A stretch of DNA of 63,999 bases, the filler included, from Piptocephalis cylindrospora (Eukaryota): NCBI GenBank assembly GCA_003614145.1. It is 25 parts of 25 records of this genome, joined end to end, with 100 filler letters (N's around TTAATTAATTAA, not from the genome) between each part and the next. Parts side by side here need not be neighbours in the genome. Positions count along the whole stretch, not along the records: positions 33,841 to 36,336 come from KZ988945.1; positions 36,437 to 38,925 come from KZ988946.1; positions 39,026 to 41,513 come from KZ988947.1; positions 41,614 to 44,095 come from KZ988948.1; positions 44,196 to 46,671 come from KZ988949.1; 20 more parts are not named here. One strand, 5' to 3'. A program made the position numbers and the translations under genes. Below the pieces are notes generated by a model. The model ran no database searches. It saw only the letters and a program-made list of their open reading frames with translations, and had not been told where the DNA came from. Below are positions 34,236 through 45,783 of this stretch, piece by piece; position 1 is the stretch's first letter, and every line of letters begins with the position of its first letter.

Positions 34236-36211
34236 CTAGCTTCCTCCGGAATTTTTCAATAGAGGATACGACTCATCCACTACAGCGTGTCCGTCGTCCC
34301 TTTCCCCCCCTGGGCCAGGCCTATTGATCACTTGACTCACCGCTTCATCATGATGATAGGAGGTTGGGGAGGAGGAAAGACCACGAGAGGGGGAGGAGGA
34401 AAGATCATGGGGAGAGGATGAAAGTTTTGGTGTGGTCTCTATGGTGATGACCGTGTTTTCCCCATTCCCCATTGTTCCTACTCGGACCGACATGTCGTCC
34501 GATGCCTGGACAGTCACGTCCCCTGGAGACACTGGGGTGGGCGATCGATGAGAGGTAGGTGCTTGAAGAAGGTAGGAGGCATGAGGATTGGGGCTCTGGC
34601 TGGATAGGTCCCCCGAGACGGCCGGGGTGCTACCTCGACTACTTCCGTAGGAGCGACTATGGAGGGGGAGAAGACGTCCGGGTCCAGCCACAGCATAGTG
34701 CGTACCTCTCTTGGTTTTGGGCACACGAGTACGAACCACACGAACCTTGTGATGAACATCAATGTACACGTCGGTTTCATCGACAATTTCCTATATATAA
34801 AAAGAGGATGAGTCAGAGATGTCTCCTTTGAGGGATCAGGAAAAAAGAAGGATACATACCTCTCCAATCAGCTCCTCAATGACATCCTCAAGGGTAATGA
34901 CACCATGATACTTTTTCCTCATGGGGCCACTCCCTTCATTGGAGGGAGGGATGCGGGTGGTGATAAGGGCCATGTGAGAACGACCTTCCTGGAAAAAGTT
35001 GAGAATGTCCAGACAGGATGTTTCCGGCATGGTCTCTGGTAAGGGGGAAAGAGGGAATCGACTGACGGGCCATTTATCCTCCGGGTCGTACGTGATCAAT
35101 CTCTTGACCAGAAGCATCCCTTCAAACCCGGATCCGTCCATCTTTCGAATGGGCACTCTACTATATCCAGCCTTTGCAATCTACGGAAAGGGGAATGGGG
35201 TAAGAATAGCGTGACCCATGCATGTGCAGAGCAATGAAAGACCCTTACCTCATCAATGGTCATCTCATCTAGGATATCATTCATCGTCAGAGTATAAACA
35301 TCATCCATAGGGGTCATAACCTCAGAGACGGGCTTGGCTTGAAGATCCAGGACGGCTTGGAGGATGGTGACTTCGTCGGTGGAGAGATCCCCGATCTTAC
35401 CGGCCCGATGAAGGGCCACCAAGGTTTTCAGCTCATCCTTCCGATACCTCACTCCACTATGACCCCCGAGGAGCCAATCGAGGAGCCGGGCAATGGGATA
35501 GGCAATAGGGCTAAGGGCGTACATGAGGGCCTTGACAGGCAGGGCGCAAAAGGAGCCGATGGCCAGGCCATACCGGGCACACACGGCCTGCGGGATGATT
35601 TCCCCAAAGATAACGATAAGGACCGTGGAGGCGATTACGGCATTTAGACCACTACCAAACAGGGAATGAAGGATAATAGGGAGGGTTTCGTTTACCACGA
35701 CATTACTTAGGAGCAGGGTGATGAGGATCCAATGTTGCCGGTGCCGGAGTAGATCCAGTAGCTTGGTAGCGTATTTACGAATCTTTGGGTCATCGCTGTG
35801 CTTTAGGACTTCCAAATGAGTCTCATCCTGACTCATGAGACCGATGGTAAGGCCTAGAGGGGATGAAAGAAGAAAAAGTGAGATCAAGGACGAGGGGGAA
35901 GCAAGGCTTGAAAAAGACATACCGGCAAAAAGCCCTCCAATGGCAACGAGAAAGGATCCCAGAGACAATTTCCACCAGAAATCCGGAGTTCCCGGGGTCT
36001 CGGGCTCGGTGGGAGGAGGAGCAGAGGACTGGCCATAGGCGGCTGTACTAGATACCGGAGGACACACACAGCCCTGGGCCGGGTCCTGGAAGGATGAGGC
36101 TCCTAGAGCGGAGGCATGGACGAGGAGGGAGCCCGTCTGGGAGAGTAAAGCGAGTAGGGCAAGGAGAGTCCCAGTGGTAGTTGCTGTCCTTATTGTCTTC
36201 AACTTGGCCAT
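34236..36211 (-). CDS. MAM3: CNNM/Mam3-like protein (DUF21 TM domain plus CBS pair), multi-exon
   Basis: [71 protein letters not shown]. Confidence 0.9.
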
Positions 36212-36436
36212 GCAGTCTGATAGGGGGAGGAGAGGGGGGGGGGGAGGGCACAAAGGTGATGGGGATGGGGGTAGCGGGGGGGATGGTGGCAGTAGCGATG
36301 TAGAATCAAATAGAGATGGAGGGGGGAGAGAGAGAANNNNNNNNNNNNNNNNNNNNNNNNNNNNNNNNNNNNNNNNNNNNTTAATTAATTAANNNNNNNN
36401 NNNNNNNNNNNNNNNNNNNNNNNNNNNNNNNNNNNN

Positions 36437-36529
36437 TCTAATCTGTGTTATATGAGACGTTGTATGCTCTCTGTAATGATCCTTGTACTCTAAGACATCA
36501 AAACATTTGAACACTTTTTGGGGACGCTG
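36437..36529. mobile_element. Terminus of a second copy of the Tc1 family
   Basis: Near-identical to about 16415-16504, ending ...TTTGGGGACGCTG|TA. Confidence 0.85.
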
Positions 36530-36544
36530 TATATCTGCTCATAT

Positions 36545-36854
36545 TGTAACGACTTGGAAGTCGTTGTGCCTTCCGCATGAAGGGAATGCCTGTAGGAAGC
36601 CCCAGAAACAAAGGACAAGGGCCAAAGTAAGGGAGGACTCCTCATGAATGAACAAAGCAAAGGAATCGCCAGCACAAGGATACCCTAGTATAGTCTTAAA
36701 TATAGATAATTATCCGCCTGGGTAATTCTATAAAATACTGGACTTTCGATGGACATTCCCAATACATTGGAAGATTAAGCCACTTTACATCTGAATTCAC
36801 CCCCTCACTCGTTTATACCCACCCATTAAACCATACCCCTACCCCTAACAAACA
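36545..36854 (+). mobile_element. Solo LTR-like element (310 bp, TGTAAC...AACA) with ATAT target-site duplication
   Basis: ATAT at 36541-36544 and 36855-36858; homologous to 30772-31075. Confidence 0.75.
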
Positions 36855-37205
36855 ATATTACCACCGCAATCAATGTGTGTCTCTCACCATGGAGTACTAT
36901 AGGGAGAAGTGGTGGCGAATACTCGGGGCTTCATCTAATTCTTTTGCATAATGATATATTATTTACTAACATGTGCAGTCAAGGCCAGATGAGAGGCAAG
37001 GGTGCAGTGGTTCAAAGATCCAATTCCATTGTGCTGTTTATCCGTGTCTGACCCTAGGTATTTTGCTTTCTGCTTTTACTTATTAGACTTGGCAGACAAG
37101 CATATCTCCTTCCACGCTCTTATGCCTATTCAGCCCTGGTAAAGGCTCCAGAGTTCCTTCATCAAAGCGCTATCTTTCTTCTAGACGATAGTCTCCATTA
37201 CTATT

Positions 37206-38925
37206 GTGAAGGGTCAAAGAGCTTGGGAAGGGAGGGGGGAAAGTATGGCAAACTGGCTTTGTCCCATTCAACCTGAACACACTTCATTTCTTCTCTCTCC
37301 CCATCTCTCTCTCTTTTTCTCACCCCCCCATTCCCGTCTTTCTCAATAACCATGCATACCTCTTTCCTTGCCAAGGTCCTGACCACCCTCGCGGTCGTTC
37401 TTTATCATCCCACGATGGCCTCCCCGGTCGATGGGGATAAGAAACAAATTGAAGACGATCAAGATTTTCTACGCAAACTCGACATGCCCTACTGGAAAGT
37501 CACTGCTACTTTCCCCCAGATTGCGGAGGTTAAGTATTGCTCCGGAGAGTACGACTATCCTAGGTTGACGGGCGGCACCTGCTGGGTGAACCATAACTTT
37601 TTTAAGATCGGTGACAGCTTCAAGTACAACGCCGACAAGGAAATGCACATTGATAACCAGTCTCCTGGATGGTTGGTCAGCGAAGGCCGCCACGTCACCC
37701 TCATGGGGGGCGCAGGCAGTGACCGAAAGGAGCTTGGGCCCTTGGACTTTAATATGGTGAGCAGCAATCCCCAATCCAAGGAACGTGGCAAGCCCCCTGG
37801 CTTGACCAGTCTTCGGTACTATGCTGTTCAGCTCGATGTAGAATGGATGAAGAACATCGTCATCTATGCCTTCCAGATCAATTCGGATCTTTTTGACGGC
37901 CAGTGCGTTATCAGTGAAGGTATCTGGGGTGATTACCAATATCCCCATAGGCCTACAAGCTTGCGTACATGCGCCCCTCCTTCTGGCAGGACTGGTGGTA
38001 CCAGAGATGCTCCTACGGAGCTCGAACCGATTACGTGGGATGGTGATAACACCGACACTACCACATTTATGCGGACGCTCTTCTTCGCCACTAACGATGA
38101 GCGTGGCTATACCCATATCAACAACCTCTACGACTTTTTCCGCAAGCGCTGGACCTGCCTCGATACTGCTGGCCATATCTCTACCTGCGAGAACGGCAAT
38201 GCTGATCAGGGCTGGACGTTCCACCCCTGGAACAATAGCACTAGGCAATAGTTCTCTCACCCATTGCCTTCCCCTCTTTCTCAGAGCTGGGCTATGGGAT
38301 GATGGGATGGACTGTCTACTCTCGTGGAATAGATATTCATGGGTTTTTTGACCGACGATCTTCTAATCTGTCCCATTTTTGTGGTTTTGCTACTCTTTCA
38401 GGGTCACCCATCCTTCCTCTCCAAATAGCTAACTAACATTAAACACCAACAACACTAATTGACCTCTGAGTAGCTTACCGCTTTGGTTGAGTACAAACTG
38501 GATGGATAGCAGCCCATCTGCGCCATCCTAGGCAGTACTTTGTTGGTGAACGGAGCATTTAATGTGATAGGAAGGTACGCAACAGGTACTGCGATGGGGG
38601 ATTACTGCGATGGGGGGTTTTCCTCTCGCGTATGTCATGCACGCAATGCCCCTATATTGGATCTCCTATAGAGACAAAGGAGACAATTTCATGATGCGAT
38701 AGACTTTAGAGAGATACATGGGGGTTCCGCCCTTCACCCACATAAGATGCGTGGTTTTCCGGGCGTGAACGGTATGTTGTAGTTCTCTAGGTTGCTCAAG
38801 CCGTTCATACGGTGGTATTAAGTGGCATTTAGCAAGTTTTGTCTTGCCCCTCCCCCTACGCTCCTCATCTCCCATCCCTTTGCCATACTTTCCCCCCTCC
38901 CTTCCCAAGCTCTTTGACCCTTCAC
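37206..38925. repeat. 47-bp perfect inverted repeat (37206-37252 and 38879-38925)
   Basis: GTGAAGGGTCAAAGAGCTTGGGAAGGGAGGGGGGAAAGTATGGCAAA and its reverse complement. Confidence 0.85.
37352..38251 (+). CDS. Secreted protein (299 aa, intronless) with a possible C-terminal ricin-B/beta-trefoil domain
   Basis: Signal-like MHTSFLAKVLTTLAVVLYHPTMA-SP; C-terminus WTCLDT..ISTCENGNADQGWTF matches the CLD..C....QxW pattern. Confidence 0.75.
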   Translation: MHTSFLAKVLTTLAVVLYHPTMASPVDGDKKQIEDDQDFLRKLDMPYWKVTATFPQIAEVKYCSGEYDYPRLTGGTCWVNHNFFKIGDSFKYNADKEMHIDNQSPGWLVSEGRHVTLMGGAGSDRKELGPLDFNMVSSNPQSKERGKPPGLTSLRYYAVQLDVEWMKNIVIYAFQINSDLFDGQCVISEGIWGDYQYPHRPTSLRTCAPPSGRTGGTRDAPTELEPITWDGDNTDTTTFMRTLFFATNDERGYTHINNLYDFFRKRWTCLDTAGHISTCENGNADQGWTFHPWNNSTRQ

Positions 38926-39025
38926 NNNNNNNNNNNNNNNNNNNNNNNNNNNNNNNNNNNNNNNNNNNNTTAATTAATTAANNNNNNNNNNNNNNNNNNN
39001 NNNNNNNNNNNNNNNNNNNNNNNNN

Positions 39026-40595
39026 TGGGCTCACCTCGGTAATGAGTAAAATTGGCTTTGGATCCTTTCAGTGGCGTATGCTCATTCTTTGTGGCCTGGG
39101 GTGGCTGGTGGACAGCATGTGGATCACCGGGATGGCCCTGGGCCTTCCCCGTGCTCGGGAACACTTTAACGTTCCTGACTCCTCAATTGGTCTCCTCTCT
39201 TCCTCTTTCTACACTGGCATGATGCTCGGATCCATGGGATGGGGTCTCGTTGCTGATCGTAAGGGCCGGAAGCTAGCGTTCAATGGTACACTTAGTCTGA
39301 CCATTCTTGGGGGTATTGCACTGGCCCTCTCCCCCAACTTTCCACTGGCCTGTGTGGCCGGGGGCCTGGTGGGGTTCGGGATCGGTGGATCTCTGCCCGT
39401 GGATGGGGCTTTCCTCGCTGAATTCATCCCAGATTCCTCCCGTGGGATTGTCACGTTTCTGGGAATCTTTTTCAGCATTGGTGATGTCCTTTCCGGACTC
39501 ATTGCCCTCTTTATTCTCTCCCCTTTTACTTGTCCCACGCCCTTGCCCATTGAATCAAATAATGGACCTTCCCCTTCTATTGATCTCCCCGGTCTGGGTA
39601 AGGTGCCCGAGGAAGGGGAACCTGCAAATGATTCTCTCCGTGGGGCCAACGTATGTGACCCAACCCAGATGCACGGGTGGAGGTACTTTGTGGGGGCCCT
39701 GACTATGGTGACCGCATTGATGCTCATGGGTCGTGTACTCCTCTTTCGCCTTCGTGAATCCCCTGGGTTCCTTCTTTCTCGAGGGCATCGAGAAGCGGCC
39801 ATTGACGTGCTGTACGCCATGGCTCATGTCAATGGGGTGGCTGGTCGGGTGGATAAGGAAATTGAGCTTCTTGAATCCCCATCCCACTCCCTGCCCCCCA
39901 AGGCTCCTGCAGGGGCCTCCTGGGCCCATCGACTTCGCGTAGCCGTTTTCCCCGCCCGGGTTTGCCACGGTCTATTCGGTCGGACACGCACGGCCCTCAC
40001 AGTCATCATCGTGTGGCTTATGTGGTTCGTTGGGATGTATGGGACCGTAACGTATGCCTCCTTTCTCCCCACCCTTCTGGAGCGTCGGGGTTTCGATGGT
40101 GGTGTGCGGCCCAGCAAAGAGGAGACGTACAAGGATGTGATGATCTATGCGGCCTGTGGTCTTCCTGGATCCTTCCTTTCCTACTATCTCATCTCTTTGT
40201 CGAGAATTGGCCGTCGGGGCACCTTTACCATCTTGGCGTGGGGAGCGTCAGCGGCCCTTCTGACTTTTTCCATGCTCCGGAGCCATATGGGGGCCATCAT
40301 GTGCATTGGCCTCACCAACCTCCTGGCCACGGCCATCATTGCCACCAATGGGGTCTATGTCACCGAAGTATTTGGCATTGATGTTCGGGCCACGGCTGCC
40401 GGCATTGCTTCGGCGTGTGGTCGGATCGGCGGAATGATCGCCCCATTTATCTCGGGTCTCCTCCTTACTCATGCTTTGGCATTTCCCATCTGGATGGCCT
40501 CGGTGGCTTTTCTCCTCGTCGGCATCTTTGCCCTGCTTCTCCCCATCGAGACATGCCCGACCTCGCCGTTTTATCGTTCTCCCAGTCGGAGGTGA
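39026..40595 (+). CDS. MFS transporter (SV2/sugar-porter-like), 5' partial
   Basis: IGFGSFQW, motif A GLVADRKGRK, GGSLPVDGAFLAEF, ESP, IGRRG, RATAAG; about 12 hydrophobic segments. Confidence 0.92.
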
Positions 40596-41705
40596 TCCTT
40601 CTCTGCCAGCCCCTTGGGATCGGGGACATGTGGGATGAGTCTCGTCCTAACTTACTTTGCCCCTATCCTTCCTCCGTTCCTCCCGTGTAATGATACCTTT
40701 TCTGCAGCATCCTTCTCCTTTCCTCCCTCCCTTTTCTCCCTTCAATGGATACCCCTGCCTTTCCATGAACCATCACCTCTTTCTATCTTTTTTTTTCTCT
40801 ACACTTGATCTAATCTGTCCCATGTGATCCCATCAGCTTATGTGCATGGGCTGTCATCCAGGTTGTTTATGTCAAAAGGATCGAAAGGAAATTCCTTCAG
40901 ATCAATACTGACTGAGAGTTTCCTTGCAGTCCTGGTGCCCTTTGAAGGACACTCCTCCCCGCCCTTTTTACATCAAGGTTGAAGGGGGCTCATCAGTCAA
41001 GTCGTTCCCTTCAATGGTACAGATGACAGATTTTTCATCACAAATATATAAACTGCTCTGCTGGTCCGTGCCCTCCCAGAACGCCGCATCCAGCCGGCCA
41101 GCTTCTTTTCCTGATCCATACGCCAATTGACCCTGCTACCACTCCCTCAGAGATACATCCTCCCTATGACCGCTCCCTTTCCAAGCACCTCGGCACGCAA
41201 GAACATCCCTGGATATTGTCCCGTGCCGGATCATCCTCACCCTGGCATTCCCATGACCGATCGCTCAGCCTCCGCACGGCCCATCCCCACGATATCTTGT
41301 CACTTTTGCGGAAATCGATCTCACAATCTAGCAATGGCTCCTTCATGCACTAATGGTACGTTTCCTGGGGCAGGAGAGTCCCCTAGTCATATCGGATTAC
41401 GATCGCCATTCACATTTACCGCCCTAGCTCATAGGCTATGCCCAAGGTGCCATGGGTCCTATCGACGCGGGTGCCCTTGCTGTCTTCGTCGGTACCTCAA
41501 TTGATTAGAAGGANNNNNNNNNNNNNNNNNNNNNNNNNNNNNNNNNNNNNNNNNNNNTTAATTAATTAANNNNNNNNNNNNNNNNNNNNNNNNNNNNNNN
41601 NNNNNNNNNNNNNGGCATACTCGAAAGCAAGAGACCTATCTACTTTCACTCATCATATGCTTCTTCCCTTACCCCTTATTTCAATGCCTATCCCCTTCAC
41701 ATTTG

Positions 41706-43221
41706 CTATTCAGTAGACCGTACAACATCATCCACAGCCTTGGCCATGTACTCGACATTATTGGTGTTGAGACCGGCCATGGAGACACGACCATTGCTAG
41801 TCATGTAGATGTGGTACTTGGACTGGAGAAGACTGACCTGAGCGGGCTTGAGGCCGGTGAAGGAAAACATACCGATCTGCCGAGTAATATGATCCCAGTT
41901 TCCGGGGGTCCCCAGTTTGATCAAGTGCTCTCGTAGGAGAGTACGCATCTGGATGATGCGACCGGACATGGTGCGAAGATCATTGGTCCAGGTGGTGTAC
42001 AGTTCTGGATCATTAAGGACGCGGGAGACGATGCGGGCACCAAAGGCAGGGGGATTGGAGTAGTTCACCCGGGCAATTTTCGAAAGTTGGGAAAGACAGC
42101 GGTCGGCCAGGTCAGAGGTTTGGGTGACGACGGTCAGAGCACCGCACCGCTCGCCATAAAGACCAAAGTTCTTGGCGTAGGATTGGGCAATGAAACACTC
42201 GAGCTTTCGATCATGGACAAAGTACCGAACCGCCCAGGCATCCTTGTCGAGATCACCCGAGGCAAAGCCCTGATAAGCACAGTCAAAGAGGGGAAAGTGC
42301 CCCTTGGCCTCCATGACATCGGCAATCTTGATCCATTGTTCTTGGGTGGGGTCAACACCAGTGGGGTTATGGGCGCAAGCGTGAAGAATAATCACTGATC
42401 CTTCTGGGGCGCTCTATTATAGAGGGGAGGGAAATGAGATGGGGAAAAAGTGATGTCAATCCAGTAAAATCAATCCCTACGTTCAAAGAGCTCAGCATGC
42501 CCTCAAGATCCAGTCCAAGGGTTTTGGAATCAAAGTAGGTGTACTCTTTGACGTCAAATCCAGCGTTACCAAAGATGCCCTTATGGTTGACCCAAGTGGG
42601 ATTGGAGACGAGGACGGTGCGGACGGGATGGAATTGGGCAAGGAAGGCGGCACCCAGGGTATTGGCCCCGGTTCCTGAGATGGTCTGAATGGCGATGGTG
42701 CGCTTCTCCCGAATGGCCGGGCTGTCCTTTCCGAGGATGAGACGGATAGAAGCATCTCTCAAGGCAGGGAGACCAGCGATAGGGAGATACTCATGGGTTA
42801 GAGCAGGGTCCTCCAAGAGAAGTTGCCTGGCCTAACCGAGATATATAAAAACGTGTGTGTGAGGTGGTGGTGGCGGAATTTAATGGGCTGTTCGGGCCTT
42901 TCCGTCTTTCATGAGTAGCTTACCTTGCGAACCACAGGAAGGACCCAGGGTTGGCCCATGTCATCCCGGTAGGCACCAACTCCCAGATTGATGCGCTTAG
43001 GGGTCGTATCCTTTTCATAGGAAGCGGTCAGGTGGAAGATAGGATCGGGAGGGGCCAGAGGAACATTGTTAAAGAAGGACTTTCCCTGATCTGAATTCCC
43101 CATATAAAAAGAGGAAGAAGAAGAATAATAATTTAGACCTAGGAAGCAGCTTTATCTCATTTCCAAACTTACCTGAAGAACCAAGATGGGAAGCGAGAGC
43201 AGCGATACGTTCTTGGGCCAT
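41706..43221 (-). CDS. AAT2: Aspartate aminotransferase, cytosolic type, with an N-terminal PTS2 exon; multi-exon
   Basis: [39 protein letters not shown] site [23 protein letters not shown]; exon 1 encodes [16 protein letters not shown]. Confidence 0.93.
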
Positions 43222-43868
43222 GATATGAACAGACAAGGATAATGTGTGTGTGAGGGAGAAGGGCTGGGCAAGGGGATGGGTAGAGGAGTGGTGAGGATGA
43301 AAAGGCTAGCTAGGAAAGATATGGACGGGTGAGGACGCGAAAGGAGGGAGAAGACTAGCCAAGCGGAGCGGAAAAGTAGCATGACGAGTACGTCTTTTTA
43401 TAGATGTGTGCGAGTGTCATGGGTCTGTGAGAAGGGCCTGGCTTTGTCCCAGGGCCTTTCTTGGTCCCGAAAGATGAAGTTTGTGGCCGTCTGCAGATGC
43501 GATGATGGATGTGGGGAGGATGATTGCTCCGGTGCAGCCTTTCCCTGAGCGCTCTGGAAGGAAAGTCCGGAGGGGACGTTAAGCCGTGATGCATGGTAAG
43601 GTCTGTGCAATTTTGTGCGAACGGAGCGCCCCGAGAGCCTAAAGACCCCAGAGCCAAGAGTTTGAAGCACAGACAAATCATCCGATGATTGACACTGATA
43701 GTATTATTACTTTCAGTAATAATATCAGTCCATCTCTCCTCCAACGTCACGATCGAACCCCAACACTCTCAAGTATTCATGTCAAGAAAACAAACAAACA
43801 AATTGAATGCATTAACCGCTTACCCCCTCCCCTCACCATCATCAATACTAGCTTGGCTTTGAAACCGT

Positions 43869-44060
43869 TTAGCTCCTTCCTCTAGCTCCATCACGGCCTC
43901 CTCGGCCTCGTCCCCCGCCTCTACCTCCGCCCCGACCCCCATCAAAGCCCCCACGACCCCGTCCACTACCACCTCCCCTACCTCCACCCCGGCTGCCATC
44001 AAAGCCTCCACGACCCCGTCCACCATCAAAGCCCCCACGACCCCTTCCGTGTCTCCCCTT
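43869..44060 (-). CDS. C-terminal exon of an RGG/GAR-rich RNA-binding protein (family not identifiable)
   Basis: GRGRGGFDGG repeats up to the stop at 43869. Confidence 0.7.
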   Translation of the reverse strand, partial: KGRHGRGRGGFDGGRGRGGFDGSRGGGRGGGSGRGRGGFDGGRGGGRGGGRGRGGRDGARGRS

Positions 44061-44195
44061 CATGCAAATGATCATCATAGCCCACTACATCAGCGNNNNN
44101 NNNNNNNNNNNNNNNNNNNNNNNNNNNNNNNNNNNNNNNTTAATTAATTAANNNNNNNNNNNNNNNNNNNNNNNNNNNNNNNNNNNNNNNNNNNN

Positions 44196-44248
44196 GGTGG
44201 ACAGAGCGATCTATGGCGTTTCCTTTGCAAGACAGACCACTGCTTACA
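44196..44248 (-). mobile_element. Terminus of a second repeat family starting TGTAAGCAGTGG (LTR-like)
   Basis: Exact inverted copy at 46619-46671; TG start. Confidence 0.5.
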
Positions 44249-45354
44249 TGCCCTTACCTTATTATCTGATTCGTGCTACGGTGGGAAAGAAAGTGGCCAT
44301 ATCCGAATCTCGCCAGCCTCTCAAATCACGAACTGGACAGCAAACCTAGGGTTTAAACCCTGAGGTACGTACATTTGGTCGACCTTGGGGATATATACCA
44401 TACTCCTCTCATTTTAGAAGCCATGGGAGTTGGTTCGACAGGCTGAGCTAAACGTCAAAGGATAAAATGGTCCTGGATCCGATACCCGTACAGAGGAGGA
44501 CCGTGTCAAGCATAAAAGTGCTCCCTTTTTTTGTATATCGAGTCGTCAATGCCACCTTTCTGAGACCTATCCTTGTCTTGACGAAGGCTCGCTGTATCCA
44601 TGTGAATAATAAACTAGTTTTCTCACGATCATACCTAAAAAGATAGACATAAGCATGTGCACACTTTCGTAGTAAGATACCCTTCCAGAAATAGGATACC
44701 GGAAGGGCGGAGGGAACCAGGCAAGTTCCCTTTTCTATAGAGAGCCTTTGATCAAAGGTCCGAATCCAGTGGATTTCTAACGATCTTGAGGTGAAATGGT
44801 ATGCGCTTTAGGAAGTATAATTGCTTACTATTGGCTGAGGAGGATGGCGATTTGGATGTTTAGATACCCTAGAGCCAAAATCCAAATCAGCTCAAAATCG
44901 TGCAGCCCTATAAAAACATAATATAAGAATGGGAGGATGGGGCCTTAAATACATCGTCTTCAAGCAAGGTGTGTTACTACTACTATGAATATCTGACTAG
45001 TTTATGGCTATGATGTTGGTGTTGTTAAAGAGAAGCCTTTAGATAACATCATAAATCATTCGTCTGGATTACTAATGCTCCCTTAGAAACCTCGAGACGA
45101 ACGTATGCTTTGAAGGAACAGGACGTGCAGGTAATGTGTCACATTTTTATTCTCCATGCATTTGAAGCCATAGTAGCTTCTGCTCATTGAGCTATCATTA
45201 GGAAATAAGGTGACACCAAAGCCCCGGACCATACCAGATGGTCAAAAAGGGAAGGGTGGATCGGTCTCTGGAGAAAGCCTAAGGCAAGGGAAAATAACCG
45301 AGATAGAATGTCGACTAGAAGACTAGGTAAATGGATCCCTAGTATTGGCTGTTC

Positions 45355-45783
45355 TTAGTAATGGGAAGCCTTAGGGTTATCCTTGGGGTTATCCTTGGGG
45401 CTATCCTTGGGACTCTGGCCATACTTGGGGCTCTTTTTGCCCTTGTTATTGTCATCTTTGTCATTGTCATTCTTGTACTTGTCGTCGTCGTCCTTGTCAT
45501 TGTCATCCTTGTCGCCCTTGGAAGACTTCTTACCCTTCTTGTGGGCCTTCTTTTTGTGACTCTTTTTCTTATGATCCTTCTTGGGCTTTTGATCCTTGGG
45601 CTTGTAAGTACCGTCAACAGTATTTTTGGGGTTGTAGTTACTATCCTTGTCAGTGTTGTTAGATGGGGCAGTGTAACCACCCTTATTGCTGCCGACGTCA
45701 TTGGGAGTTTTGCTGTACGTAGCATCGACTACAGATGTCGCAGCGACAAGGGCGAGGATGGCAAGATAGATGAAGGAACGCAT
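45355..45783 (-). CDS. Small secreted Lys/Asp-rich protein (142 aa) with PKDN/PKDS repeats
   Basis: Signal peptide MRSFIYLAILALVAATSVVDA; K/H-rich block followed by a D/K block; TATAAAA upstream near 45980. Confidence 0.8.
   Translation of the reverse strand: MRSFIYLAILALVAATSVVDATYSKTPNDVGSNKGGYTAPSNNTDKDSNYNPKNTVDGTYKPKDQKPKKDHKKKSHKKKAHKKGKKSSKGDKDDNDKDDDDKYKNDNDKDDNNKGKKSPKYGQSPKDSPKDNPKDNPKASHY

Noticed and set aside
40870..41500. Minus-strand VYICDEK resembling a DDE transposase motif
   Set aside because: Many stops, no other motif and no TIR; insufficient support
44420..44770. GGTTCGA and GGTCCGAATCC T-loop-like words suggesting tRNA or SINE
   Set aside because: No cloverleaf stems or A-box at the right spacing
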